A stretch of DNA of 63,732 nt, the filler included, from Sphacelaria rigidula (taxonomy: Eukaryota), in the NCBI GenBank assembly GCA_964200075.2. It is 11 parts of 11 records of this genome, joined end to end, with 100 filler letters (N's around TTAATTAATTAA, not from the genome) between each part and the next. Parts side by side here need not be neighbours in the genome. Positions count along the whole stretch, not along the records: positions 23,214 to 28,916 come from CAXNAA020025122.1; positions 29,017 to 34,719 come from CAXNAA020025123.1; positions 34,820 to 40,522 come from CAXNAA020025124.1; 8 more parts are not named here. One strand, written 5' to 3'. A program made the position numbers and the translations under genes. Of this stretch, positions 23,342-36,245 are shown piece after piece; the first letter of the stretch is position 1; every line of letters starts with the position of its first letter. The notes under the pieces are model-generated. The model was given only the letters and a program-made list of their open reading frames with translations, ran no database searches and was not told the origin of the DNA.

Positions 23342-25721
23342 GAGTGTGTGTGTGCGGGTGATATACAGTGTACCCCGACACAGTTACACTGTGGATACCG
23401 ATATGGTGCCACCATGGAAAAGCCTGCTAGCGAGGAGGGGGCGGGCGGGGGGTACTTTTTTGTTGTTTCTCTTAGTCGTGTGACCATTGACCACGCATCC
23501 CTCTCGAGACGAAGCAGGGGGGGGAGGGGGGGCTCTCAATCTTCTGAGAGCCGGCGATTTCATGTTCCGAGATTCTGGCCCGACAATCCCGACAGTTTTT
23601 GGAGGACGGCGAAAGTGTGGGTATGAATGACCCCTGGTGGGCAACTTGGGCGATGGGTCCAATGCGCATATTCTTCACGTTGGCCAACAGAATGGCAGGG
23701 CGAGACTGTGAGACATGTCGTTGTATGCATGCCCAAAACGCAAACATACGAGCTGGGTCAGCCTACAAGCGCATCTGTAGGTTGCAGGCCCATTCTGACA
23801 TCAATTTTGAGAGTTGGGCCTTGAGACTTGGTCTGGAGAATCGCTCGCGCATGATACAAGAAATGTCATTTACATCCGTGAGATTTTTTGTTCTTCACGA
23901 GGTTGAGGGGAAAAAAACAATATTCAGTTTTCACTCGAACGCCCCCGAGTCATGAGAATAAGGGAAAATCTGAATGACCTGAATTTCTTCTTCAATCATG
24001 CCCTAGCGATCCTCCATACCAAGTTCCAAGTTTCGAAGCCCAACTCTCAAAATCAAGGTGAGACTAGGTAATTTAGAGACTGGACCGGTCGAAAATTGGA
24101 ACAATTTGTTGCAAGCCTTGGACCAGCCTAGTTCGGTACTTGAGAAATTCGTGTAGATAATCACCAGGAACTGACGGGAAGAAAAAAAAACAGGGACATG
24201 GTTTTTTTCTGAGTCAACGATGGTTTAGCGTCGGAAGTATCAGCCTTTCACGATGAATGAGATATGCGGATCAAGGCCCAACCGTCTGAGTCGAGGAGAT
24301 ACGGCCATGAGATCCCACATCAATTATTACGCTGGACCCGCTCTTAGCTGACCGGGGTCGATCTGCCCGCCCCAACTCTTAAAGCCACGGGCTCCCGACT
24401 CGGCGGGAGGGGTTTGTGAGGACAGGCTCACCGCTGCCGTCCGACGCGCACTGATGAGTGTTTAACGTGTGCTGATCCTGCTCAGGTGACCATGGGAAAT
24501 CGGGTAAAATCTTCCCGCAAACCCCACACGCAAAATCTAGACACCTCTCCAACAATAGACCCTACTCCACCGCAGTCGTACGGACCGCGCCTGCCCCGTG
24601 TACACCCCCCATCGAACACGCCACGCCGCTCGGCTAGTCAGCAAAAGCTTTCAATGACGTGTCGGGTAGGGTATAGAGCAGCCGATCTTGTGGTATTTTG
24701 AAAAGTGACACATCACCTGCAGTAAGTCAGTCACAGTGACTCGTATGGGCTTTGGAGAGTGGACAACAGCACTGAGCTATATTAGCTGCTGAAATGAGGA
24801 TGGGTGTAATGTCCACCTTCCAGAAACGCCAAAATTTCAGGTACACCCTGCCCGACAAGCCGGTGAACGCTTGTGTGATGACCATATACATGCACCACAA
24901 TCCTTGGTAAGATCACGACTACCGCACTGTATTGTGTGAAATTTACTGTCCTGAGACCGCAACGCCGTTGACCCCGGCTTCGGCACGGGTATCTCTGGCC
25001 GCGGCAAACAGATACATTGCAAACCCATCGCTTTGATATTTGTTCTCCCTTTTCTTTTTGCCGCGGTCGCACCATCCCAATTCCACCTAAATAACAACAA
25101 TGGTCGTACAGTATCTCAACAACAACAAAAAAAAACAGCGGTAGATGCGCCCTGTGTCGGTGAGTACCATGAAAAATCACGTGAGTTTCAGGTCACAACA
25201 GTTGAAAGCATGAGGACGTGGGAAGCAGATACATGACTGCGTCTGCGTGGCAAGAGTCTACACTGCGCGGGAGTGCTCATCCTACCCAGGAGATTAAAAT
25301 GCAACGCATGTACCGGGGGAGGGGGGGGGGGGGATACTCATGATGTTGCATGCCGTAGTCATGAGACCATTGACCTCGCATCCCTACAAAGCCGGGACGG
25401 AGCACGGAGCACGCCGGGTTTTCGCCAGACCAGGTTCGCAGTCCATCACCAAGTGCGAAGCGCCGTGATATGTATGGCGAGTCGAATAGAGGTGAGCTGC
25501 ATCCTATCAAGATTGCTTGACCACCGGCGTAGTAGTTATCTTCCATGTGGATGACACCTTACTTGCAGATACTGTTCCGGGATATTCTCTGCGTACAAAC
25601 TTACATACTCAAAAGGTAGTATCATGTTTCGGCTGTAACTTTCGAACGACGATGAATGAGACCTCCACTGTTTCCGTTTTTCATCAGGATTGGGACATTC
25701 GGAAAGTTTGACAACATGAAA

Positions 25722-25968
25722 CACGTCGAACAGATCATGAGCTTCCTACGATAACCAGTCGGAGATGACTCTCAGATCTATTCTCCAAGAACACAGAATA
25801 CGTGACAGCGGGGTCGGAGAAGCCAAAGCGCGTGCTCGAGGTCCCGCACTACTGTCGGAGCAAATATGGAAGAAGGGGGGTCATAATGAGCTAGCTCTTG
25901 ATCCGGATCAGTACACATAATAAGAAGTAAGACTTATAATAGTATCTCATGAGCTGTGCGATGTGTGC
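25722..25968. mobile_element. Degenerate CACACGTCGG-family MITE
   Basis: Ends ACACGTCGAACAGATCATGAGC / CTCATGAGCTGTGCGATGTGTG; internal similarity to 30805-31076. Confidence 0.6.
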
Positions 25969-26561
25969 AAACTTAGCAGCAGTTTTGCAAAGAGTATTTT
26001 CCAGACAACCAATACAAAACCTCTGTAACGTAAAAGTGCAAAAGCGTAGACGCAAGTTTTACGACACCAACACGGGAAAGTCCAAAACTCGGTGGCATCG
26101 GATGAATGCCTCAATTCGTCGATTATAACGATATCCCTTTGCCTTGACTCAGTGCCGCTCGAAATACACCACCTGACACAAAAAGACGTCGCTAGGCCGC
26201 CCAGCTTATCGCGCTTCTAATTTTTCAGAACGAGATAAAACGTGAACGTTGGGCGTCATTTCACGGAGTGGGGAAGGGGGGGGGGGGGGGGGGGGGGTTC
26301 CTTCGCCAAACTTTCTCAAAATTTGATGTTCGGTACATCTATTCGAACCCACCGCAACGATTCACCTCTCACTCCAGACTTTTTCCAACTTCAATTTCCG
26401 GCCTGCCTCCCTTTACATGAACACCGTGTGTCCTGTACAGTACATCAAAAGGGTGCTGTCCGTATTCGAGGTGCCTGGCCAAGCAAGACGTTGCCCTGCC
26501 CCCCCCCTGCCCCCCCCCAGCCCAGCCTCCTTCGACCATACCGTGGCACTCAGACACTCAC

Positions 26562-26846
26562 CTGGAAAAGCAAATCACAGCACTCCGCTTCGTTTACCGC
26601 AGCGCATTTGAGCGCCTGCAACACGCCAAGTACGTCCTGGTGCGACCCGGCGATGGCTAACCGGGTGAAGTGCGAATCTAGTATAGCCGATGCCCAAGCC
26701 ACTACAGCCTCCGTGCGAGCGGGGGGCACTCCGTTCATGGAGATGTAGCTATGGCTGTCCCCCGGGAGCACCGCGTGTGAATGTTTTAGTTCAACTATTT
26801 GCTCCGTTTCTCGCGTACGCTCCTCAGAAAGCAGCCGCGTCAAGAT
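26562..26846 (-). CDS. NOL11: NOL11-like nucleolar (t-UTP) protein, internal exon
   Basis: AVVAWASAILDSHFTRL resembles the NOL11 C-terminal W...LLDAxF motif. tgtcAG acceptor and CAG|gtgagt donor, 95 codons, phase 0. Confidence 0.7.
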
Positions 26847-27654
26847 CTGACAAGGAGAAGGGAAGTATTATGTGTGGAATAGGATGAAGAGGCGTCAGAC
26901 GTTTCAGCGTCCGCAGATGGGCTGCTCTCTCGTAAGTCGATCTTCGAGTGAACATGGTGCGATGACGATTCTACCGGTGAAGAACACTCCCTCTCTCTCT
27001 CTCACTCACCTTGGCCGTTTCAAGGCTAAAGGTACCAAGTATTGCGTGCCAAGAGCTAAGGGGGTTGGGGAACGCTGTCTACGTCACAAGGACAGCCTTA
27101 TAGAGCGTTAGAAGTGCACAAACCCTGGCTGTAAACGTGCTGATTGCCCTGCATGTACGGATTAGGTGCCTACGTGCGTGTCACCCCCAAGCGGGTTAGC
27201 GATAGAGATATGAAGAGAGACCTTGTTTGGGAAAACATGTAGCATGATCCTTCAACGAATGGAGAGGAAATCGCCCCAAAGCAGAATCAGTTTTCATTCC
27301 GCAAGAGAGTAGTGCGTGAGGTACGTCACCATTTCACAATTTATACAAGGTTTTCGCTGTTGATGTGATTTGCATCGTCAACCATGCCCCAACCAACCAA
27401 TCGACCAGTCGAAGCACTCAACAACGAAAAACTGAACATCGCAGACACGAAAATTACAGAGTGATGCTGTATTACTTTCAAGTTTGAAGATAACAAGAAC
27501 AAACGAAATCAAAGATCGACTGCAAATCTCCAATACCTTGCCCCCCCCCTCCCCCCCCCGCCCCCCTACACTCATGACTGAAGCACGGAAGACCATGAGT
27601 ACACCATCGAGACACACACAGCAGCAGCAGCAACATGAGTAGGTGACCCTTCAC

Positions 27655-28779
27655 CTGCAGCACGACGATAACTTCTCCGTGGCTTAGCGCGGAAAGCGCG
27701 GACCTCAAAAAAGCCTCATTATGAGGCAACGTCAACGCCACGCGCAACCCTCTCTCCGCACGCACGGCAGCCGTCACGTTGGAAAGCCCACGAGACTTCT
27801 TTGTCTTGACAGCACCGTCCGGTCGTGCTGGGGCAGCCTCGCCTTTCGCTCTTCCCACGTCACTCACCACCCCCGCCGCTGCCCCTGCCTTCATGGCATT
27901 ATCCCCGTCATGTCCCTTCAGCCGTTTCGGAAGAGCCTCCTCTTCGTCACCCTCTTCCGAAATATTACCCGTATCGCTCGAGCCGCCCCCGTCGTCGTCT
28001 GACGCGTGGTGTCCGTTGGAGAGCGAGCCGTTGGGCAATCCAACGACTACAACGTTGTTCTTGACATGTTTTTGCGGCGAAGAAATGTCGTCTCTGTGCT
28101 TCAAGGGAGCGGCGGGGGCCGCCGTGCCTGCAACAATGACAAGTTGAGAGCTCTTTTTCTCGTGTGAAACCGTTTCGTTTGTCGTCGTGACGGTAGTTGT
28201 CGCTGCCGGAGTTGCGATTCCCAGAAGCTTTTTCTTCTTCTTGACCCTGTCTTCCATGCCCGCCGCACCGTGATCCCCCCTCTCCTTCTCCATTTTCTCC
28301 TTCTTGGCCCCGTCTTTCCTGTCCACCGCAGAATCATCCCGCCTCTCCGGCCGCTCCTTCTTGACCTTGCCCCCCACATCCTTACTCCCATCGCTCCCTG
28401 TGCCTCTCCTTTTCAACACCTTGGCATTGCTGACATTGTCCCCGACAGCCCCGCCGTTCACACCACATTCCACAACGTCCTCACTTTGTTGTGAAGGTTC
28501 GTTCTTGCCTTTGGGAAGAGGAGGCTCCGTTGCTTTCCGGCTCTTTTGGAGTAGCCGGAAGCGCCTCCGGCGCGCGAGCTTGCCTTTACCCGATACGGTG
28601 ATATTGGAAGGTGATCCCCCGCCGGCGCCACCGCCCTGCGTCCCCGCCATCCCCGCCGGAAGCACCCCATGATTCGAAACGCTTCTGGTTTTGCGCGTCT
28701 GGGTGGCCGCTTGAGACAGGAAATACCTCAGAATGCGCACGGCATCGGCCTCCGGGAGATCAGGTACGTGAAGCATGAT
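27655..28779 (-). CDS. NOL11: NOL11-like protein, large exon with Lys-rich low-complexity insert
   Basis: LHVPDLPEADAVRILRYFL and LTLPHNEAFLRSALSALSHGEVIVVL resemble NOL11 PDIPE and SETFLLPHL helices. catAG acceptor and CAG|gtgaag donor, 375 codons, phase 0. Confidence 0.7.
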
Positions 28780-29399
28780 CTATGGGTTTTGAGGTAAATC
28801 AACAGCGCGCAATTATGCGGGGGCGGGGGGGGGGGGGGGGGGGGAAGTTTAGGCATGAGATGCTCTGGGGGGGAGGGGGGAGGGAAGGGGGGGGTCCTTT
28901 CAGGGAACCCTTTTGTNNNNNNNNNNNNNNNNNNNNNNNNNNNNNNNNNNNNNNNNNNNNTTAATTAATTAANNNNNNNNNNNNNNNNNNNNNNNNNNNN
29001 NNNNNNNNNNNNNNNNAAAAATAAAAAAAAAATAGTTAGGGGGGGGGGGGGGGGGGGGGGGGTGGGGGGGGGGGGGGGGGGGGGGGGGCGCGTACTCATT
29101 CATTGCTTGCCTTAGTCGTTTGACCATTGACCACGCATCCCTTTCGAGACGCAGAGACGAGTGGGGTGGAGATAGAGAGAGAGAGAGAGAGAGAAGCCGC
29201 ACGTAATCTGCCCGCATTGTGTGTGGTACAAACGCAAAAAACAACAAAATAAGGGCCTGTATGTGAACACTGTTGTACCCGTCTGAGTCTAAATATGAGG
29301 GGGGAAAACAGGACGATGCAGCACAGACAACCGGAACGCGCTGGATCGAACTGCAGTATATTGGAGTTCATTACGAGTACCCCCTTGCAATCCACCCAC

Positions 29400-29492
29400 C
29401 TGAACCACGGGAGCTTCCGATTTTGACCCCGCTTCTGTCTTCAGGCGCTCCCAGCTCGTCATGAGGTCATCCATGTTGGTGAACAGAGGCGT
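29400..29492 (-). CDS. TIC22: Tic22-like plastid import protein, exon D
   Basis: TPLFTNMDDLMTSWERL...PVVQ matches Tic22 PLFF.xEDL..xW...P.IQV; phase-0 AG/GT boundaries. Confidence 0.72.
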
Positions 29493-30804
29493 CTAGCGGT
29501 CACACACGTACGTATGCGCACCAATAACACGCCACGAGTAACACACAGGCGAGTGTCAGAAGAGCACGCATCAGAATGAAACCCACGCACGGCCAGCACA
29601 CTTTCGCCAAAGCTTTCACCCAAGCAGAGAGGGATCGAGAAACTATACCCCAGGCGCTGGGTAACAATTCTCCATGTTCATTTTTTGCACGCCTATGCGA
29701 CATCTAACGGGGGATTCGATCTGTGAGTTTTGGGGCACTCAGACAGCGTGTTTGGCCCCTAAACGAGAGATATTTCACCATCACGTGTCGGGGACACATT
29801 CCGCATCATGCCAGCAAGAACAGCCTAGCCCAGCTATGATAATTAATCGTCCAATTCACTATACTATACTACACGATATAATAGATTCTGTACAACGGGT
29901 TTCCAAAAAGGCCACTGGAGAAAAATCTAATCGGAAATACAGAAACGGGTTGCGTGCAGTCATATATCTATCTGCGCAAAATTTCCACACCGCTTTTGTT
30001 TTCGCGATAACCCGTTGGTCGTTTTTTTTTCTGTCACAAATGGGTGGACGTTTTCGAAAAAAAAAAAACGAGCCTATCCATCTATCTATCAAATCAGACC
30101 GGTCAATGAAGTATTCCGCTCCGCTTCACTCTTCTCCTCTCCTCTGGACGAGGTGATGCACAAGAAACGTTCGATAACAACACGTGGCGGTGATATTTCT
30201 GTTGTTGAAGCCAAGGACGGGTCAAACGCTCAAAAATTTCAAGTTTCAAGGAGAGAAGATCACGACTCCCACAAGATATCCCATGACATATGGCGTCGAG
30301 GCATATCACATCACGTTATGTAATGATTGGATAATGATGCATGGTGTTTTTTTTCGGCGTTTTTAACGCATCGCGCACATAACCATTTGATGTCTCCACT
30401 GAGGAAGAATGAGATTTTCGTAGGCGAACAGGCCCAAACAGTGTTTCTCTCGGAGCACTGCGTGAGAGCAGCCAGCCCTTGGAGCATGAAATCGTGCCTA
30501 GTCGTAAGTGAACACAATCATGGCACATGCCGCTCTGCAGCAACATCTCTACCAGGTGTGTTCATTTGTTCTGCTCCCTTCTGTTCCGTCACGAGCGTGA
30601 CTATCTGTAGTAAAAAAATATATGCCGAACCAAGTACTTCGTAGTGCCATGACTTACCCCCGCCCCCCAACCTCACGCACTGTAGGTTAGTTAGTAAGGA
30701 TGCAATAAAAAATCATTCTGCACGTGCAAATGCTTTGTGTGGTAATGTATGGTGATTTCTTTATCCAGTCAACACTTCAAGATGTCACGTATTTGTCACC
30801 ATTA

Positions 30805-31076
30805 CACACGTCGGACAGCTCATGAGGTATTAATACCTTAAATAAATAATGGAAGAGGACTCTGAGATCCGTCGAACAACACAAAATACGACACAGCGGG
30901 GTCCGAGACGCCAAAGCGTTATTAATATACTTGCACTACTACTACTCCGCGGGTCCGGTGTCCAGCGCTCTAGGGAGCAAATATTAAAAAGGGGGTCAAG
31001 TGCGCTAGCTCATGATCCGGATGAATACACTAATGATAAGTAATATTCAGATAGCTCATGAACCATCCGACGTGTG
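30805..31076. mobile_element. CACACGTCGG-family MITE in Tic22-like intron
   Basis: TIR CACACGTCGGA/TCCGACGTGTG; degenerate 8-bp TSD CACCATTA/CAGTATTA. Confidence 0.75.
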
Positions 31077-32448
31077 CAGTATTATGAGTGACCACTCGCG
31101 AAGAAACAAAAAACAGTGTACCACCAGCCGAACGTACTTGATTGAGGGGTATGAGTAAGCAAACACTGTCTTGGTTGGGGAGCTGCGACACATAACCAGG
31201 GTCGAGCCGGCTGTCTCGTAAGGAAAAGGTCCGTAATGTCACACTGCTGTATGTCTTACGCGTCAGGCTGACGTCGACAGTATACAAATCTGAGATAATG
31301 TACTTATCCAACTGCCCCCCCTCTCCGTCGCTACGCACGGGTCAACGTATCAAGATGTCAACATGGGAATATCGGCAGTAGCGCCGGGAACGTCAAGCGG
31401 TGCAGAAGGATTCGCCGAAAAGCGCCGCAACGATATCCATGTTGAACGCATTCAACTCTTTTCCGAATAAATCCCAACCCTGGCCCTAACCCTAATCCTA
31501 ACCGAAAAGACCGGGAACAATCGGGTGATGGGGGACCAGAAAGGTGATTGATGCCCTGGGGCAAAGTGGGCGTCGGCAGTGGTGACTGGTGAGCGGTCAG
31601 ATCGATCAGCGGCCTCTGCAGGCGCCGATCTGACCTAAAGACATACTATCGCTGTTGCTGCTGTTGCGTATGCGAGCGAGAGACCTTGAGGACTCGGAGG
31701 ATCAGCCCCCTCTTGATATCCGCATGATAATGGCGCCGTGCCCCGGTGGTGTAATGGCCCGACTGTCGCCACTAGGGTGGAGAGAACGAGGGTTTGATTC
31801 CCGATGCGATGGGTTTCTTCTTCGTAATGTCTGATTTCCACCGTGGAAAGCGTGAGAACATGAGTAAACAAAGTAGTCGACTGGGTTCGTTTGGCGTGAG
31901 TCGACGCGGTGCGGGAGTGCCGATAGTCATGACCCAATCCGCGAGACCAAAATGCAAGGCGTGTACCGGGGAGAGATGGGTTGATTCCTTGAGACTGTTA
32001 GACTGTTAGACCACGGACTCGTCCAAAGGAAGGGGAGGGGTTCAAAGTGCGACAAATGAAAAAAATAAAATAATAAAGAATAAAAAAAATGACAGTGTCC
32101 CACAATTGAAGAAACAAAATATATCCCAACCATGGAGCTTTGGCGAGCGTTCGATTGATTCATGATTGTCGCATTAACTAATCTCCCAGGTATCCACCCT
32201 GACGTGGTCATGATCCGCAAAGATAGACGCGGTCATGATCCATAGGTTACCAAAACGAAAACAGTCGCTACAGCAACATTTCCACTCGGGAAAAGCAAAG
32301 GGCATAGGAAACAAAGAAAGAACAAACGGAGTAAATTGAACAGGGGGGAGTTGGGGGTGAACTAATCATGAGCAGAGGGAGGAAAACACGACAGGAGAAG
32401 CCGACAACAACAAAAAAGGAAATATAGATGCTCCACAGTACATATTAC

Positions 32449-32541
32449 CTTAGTTTTGCCCCCCGGTCCTTCGAAGCCGAGAGAGGTGGCAGCCCACACC
32501 GGCCCACCCGCCTTATCTCGAACGCTGTTCCACCCTTCCGT
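32449..32541 (-). CDS. TIC22: Tic22-like protein, exon C
   Basis: TEGWNSVRDKAGGPVWAATSLGFEGPGGKTK; ttcAG acceptor, AAG|gtaata donor, phase 0. Confidence 0.7.
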
Positions 32542-33589
32542 CTGAATCATGCATGCATGATGGAAATGTGTATACCATCGTATACGAGTACGTATTCAAA
32601 AGTAGGTCAGAGTGCGATATTCTACAAGAAAACCCGACTTTCCACGATCCTTCGCAGTACAGCTGTACGGTACATACCGAGTACCCACGACCCCCTTAGC
32701 TTTCACCTTCTTTCTGCCCTTGCGGTACCGAACATTCAGGGCACTACTTACTCGAGGTAGTGCATCGACTTCCTAGAGTACTGGGAGTATCATTCGCTCT
32801 AGAGTGCCTGGGGGTATCGGCTAGAAAAACGAAAGAATATCCGACTTCGCGCAGGAGGAAGAGTCATAATCCATCCGAGTACCGGTCCCACCATAGTACG
32901 ATCATGCCCGGCTGGCAAAAGCACCGATTATTCATACATATGCACGGTAAGGAGGGCAAGTTTCTATAAGGGAGACATTACACCGGTGGCGCTGGTGTGG
33001 ATGGACAATGACGATTGATTTCTGATTGATCGAGTATCGAACATCAACTGATGCCTCAGGAATCCAGCCGTGATGACATCATACAAGGTAGGACGTGCTA
33101 CACCGAAGCCAAATCAAAACGAAAGCACGCGCTAAAGGAAGCTCAGGATTCGGGGGCAAGGAAGATAGACAAGAAGAGTAGACAGAGGTAACTGGAAAGC
33201 GAAACAAGCGAAAAAATTGCAACAGAAAAAATAAAAGAAAACAGGGATGATGTGTAGGAAGGAAACACGATGCACCATGTACCACGTTCTTTCCCGACGA
33301 TGCGGTGCCAGCACCCAACTTGTCCATATGTTGATCGATTGTCTTCGCATCAACTGATTCACCCCCCTAATATATAGTAGGGATCGAGCCGTGGCCATTA
33401 CAGGGAAGTGCGTGCCCAAGCTACCAAAGTAGCCGGAGACACTCGCTGAAGGCAAGACTTGAGTGCACTAGAAAAGGAGCAACAGATGTACATGAAACAT
33501 ACATGAGGTGCAGAAAAACACGAGAAAAGCATGGCGGGCGATAAACAGGCACGTAGGAAAAGGGGTGGCCTGGATGGATGCTTGCTTGC

Positions 33590-33745
33590 CTCTGAGGCTT
33601 GGTCAGCCTGACTGGCTCGCGGAACGATCCGGTAACGAGCAGATAAATCGCTGGAGACCGCCGCTTGTGCCGCCACGGGCCGCTTGTTTTGCCCTTTCTT
33701 TTTGATCAGCGGATACCACACGTCGTCCAGCGTCGTTGCCGACAC
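33590..33745 (-). CDS. TIC22: Tic22-like protein, exon B (probable GC donor)
   Basis: VSATTLDDVWYPL...YRIVPRASQ resembles Tic22 V..xSL..xY...F..xP...Q. cacAG acceptor and GAG|gcaagc donor. Confidence 0.68.
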
Positions 33746-34488
33746 CTGTGTGCAAGTGAGGAGGCACGGATGCAAGTATGTGTTGCAGCAGACGACACAC
33801 GGGCGGATGGTTACGGAACATTTGGCTACTTTCGCTTGAGCACGGGGCCAGATCACCCTCTGGGATACTTCGCGAACGTCAAAACGGTATGCGGGTAAAG
33901 GCATTCGGGGGGTCGGTCCCCTTGAGAAAGACTCAGAATATTTGTCAATCACGTCGATACATACCCCATCTACTCTGGAGCAAGACTAGATATACTGTAT
34001 TCGACAGCCGATGTCTTGATACTGTACCCTGGAATATATAGTATTATCCACCGTAACCATCTGTGGATACCATGTTGAAGACCACCTGCGTTGTTGAGGC
34101 ACCAGTCTATGTATGCAAGCTAGCAACTTCGACTGCAGAATAGGAAGTTCTGTCGCCGAGCACAAAAAAAGACGCGAACATGTTTCTACCCACATCCACA
34201 GCCTCGACAGAAAATGAATAAGGCAGGACAGGACACACCACGACAACACCGGAGGACTCCATCCCTTCCTCCATCCGCTGGTCGTGTCAAGCAAAGACCA
34301 AAAAAACATCACCGCAAGCGTCAACGTGTTAGATAGTCACTTCAAAGGAACAAGTTTTTTTTTTCTTTCTTCTCCTGTACCGGTGAATTTATGAACAGCA
34401 ACAAAAAAGGAAAGCTTGTTTTGTCCTGTGTGTAGTGGGTGCCAAACATAAATATACCGTGAGTATCTCTCGTTTTTTCATACCACAC

Positions 34489-34617
34489 CTTGACATCGGC
34501 AACATCGCCCATGGAGGCGAGCTTAGCTTGCGCATCTTCCGGATTCATGAACAATAGACCCTCGCCCCCGTCAACGTGTACACCGCCGCTGGGGTCCTTC
34601 AAAAAGAACACGGGGAT
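34489..34617 (-). CDS. TIC22: Tic22-like protein, exon A (upstream exons missing)
   Basis: IPVFFLKDPSGG...GLLFMNPEDAQAKL matches the Tic22 N-terminal VPVF...G...F....DA..xL pattern; AG/GT boundaries, phase 0. Confidence 0.75.
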
Positions 34618-35779
34618 CTGCCATATAAACATGACGTCAGGCAGGCAGCACAGGGGTGCGCGTGCGCGCGCGGGGGGGGGGGGGGGGGGGGACTCAAGAT
34701 ACTCGCTCCCAAAGTCTCANNNNNNNNNNNNNNNNNNNNNNNNNNNNNNNNNNNNNNNNNNNNTTAATTAATTAANNNNNNNNNNNNNNNNNNNNNNNNN
34801 NNNNNNNNNNNNNNNNNNNTTCAGATATCTGCAGGGTACATTCGTACTGGGCATCAGATGCGGAAGCCGACAGAAATAACAGGAAAAAAAAAAAAAAAAA
34901 CAAGATGAAAAAACTGACAAAAACGCGATACAAGCCGGTGGAAAACAAAAATCCTGATCTAATAGGTCGTGATTTCAACCATCGTCGTTTATTTTGAAGA
35001 TGATTGGAATCATGACCTATCAGATCAGGATTTTTGTTTTCCACCGCACTTTTTCGATCGAAAACTTATGTGCTAAAACACGGCCTAAGATAGGCCCTCA
35101 GTCCTCCAGTAGACTTCGTCACTTGGCGGGAGTTTGTTGGTCCGTTTTAGTCTAGAAAACAAAATCCGGATCTGCGATGGGGACTGTGCTCCTGGCGTCC
35201 TCCCAGCGTGCCCACAGTGCCTTTTTTATCAATCGGTGCCTGCGGCGCCAGATTGCGTTCTGGCAACGCACACTCTGCGTAGGTAACACCCTCAAGGGTA
35301 GGTCGAGTAGAGTATACTCAATCGCGGGGTATTTTGAAAGTCGTACTTGAAGTACACGAATTAAGGGTAGGGTTCGAGTTATTCGAAATCATGATTTCCC
35401 GAGATATTTTTATACCCTTTGGCCGCGTGGGAGGGGGGACTTGACGAAATTTTCGTACACAATGGTTGATGGGAAACATGATGGGATGTTACAACACCAA
35501 CACTAACCCTAACTAACCCTAACCCCGACCCCAGGCGCACGAAATCCAGGGTGCACAGATCCCCCTAGGCAAAGTGTGCCTTGGCAGACCTCAAATGGTT
35601 GCCGCAGGCGCCGATTTCGACAAAAACACGTACTGGACGAGCTGGCTCCACTGCTCACCTACCCCAAACAGTACATTTTCTCATAACTTTATCATGTCTA
35701 AGATCAAGTAGTCATCCCGGTCAAACATTGTCTACGAACATTTTTTAGGTCTACTGGACGGAGGGCGAGGGAGTGGCGA

Positions 35780-36245
35780 TCCATTGAATCGGCATCAATT
35801 CCACTTGAAAAAGGTCTGCATGATCCAGATGGACTTCCATGTTATAACCATTTTGCAGCCGGGGTAGGTCATTATCCGAGTCACGTATTGACTTTTCAAA
35901 TGAAAGTGATGCCGATTCAACAGAAAACCTACCTCGGGGGTGAAAAAGTCAACCCTTCGACAGCGATGCGGGTAGTCCATATGGATCATGTATACTTTTT
36001 TCAAGCGATATTGATGCCGATTCAACAGATGACCTACCGTCGCGGTCAAAGGGTTACCCCTTGTGGAACCCACTGACGGTTTTTGTCTCTGCGAATCTGT
36101 ATCATTTTCACTCCCTTTAACTCTTAGACCGCGAGGTTGGTCTTCTGTTGAATCGGCATCGATTTCAAGTGAAAAAAAAGTATGCATGATCGAGAAAGAC
36201 TAATCTCGCGGTCTAAGGGTTAAACTCAAAATTATGCCGATTCAC
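35780..36245. repeat. Cluster of GATGCCGATTCAA-containing modules in both orientations
   Basis: Motif at ~35784(-), 35908(+), 36013(+), 36148(-) and 36233(+), with flanking similarity. Confidence 0.7.

Noticed and set aside
24450..24480. Hammerhead core CTGATGAG
   Set aside because: No stem II or GAAA partner nearby
19977..34617. Apparent cluster VPS18-NOL11-TIC22
   Set aside because: The genes lie on different contigs joined artificially
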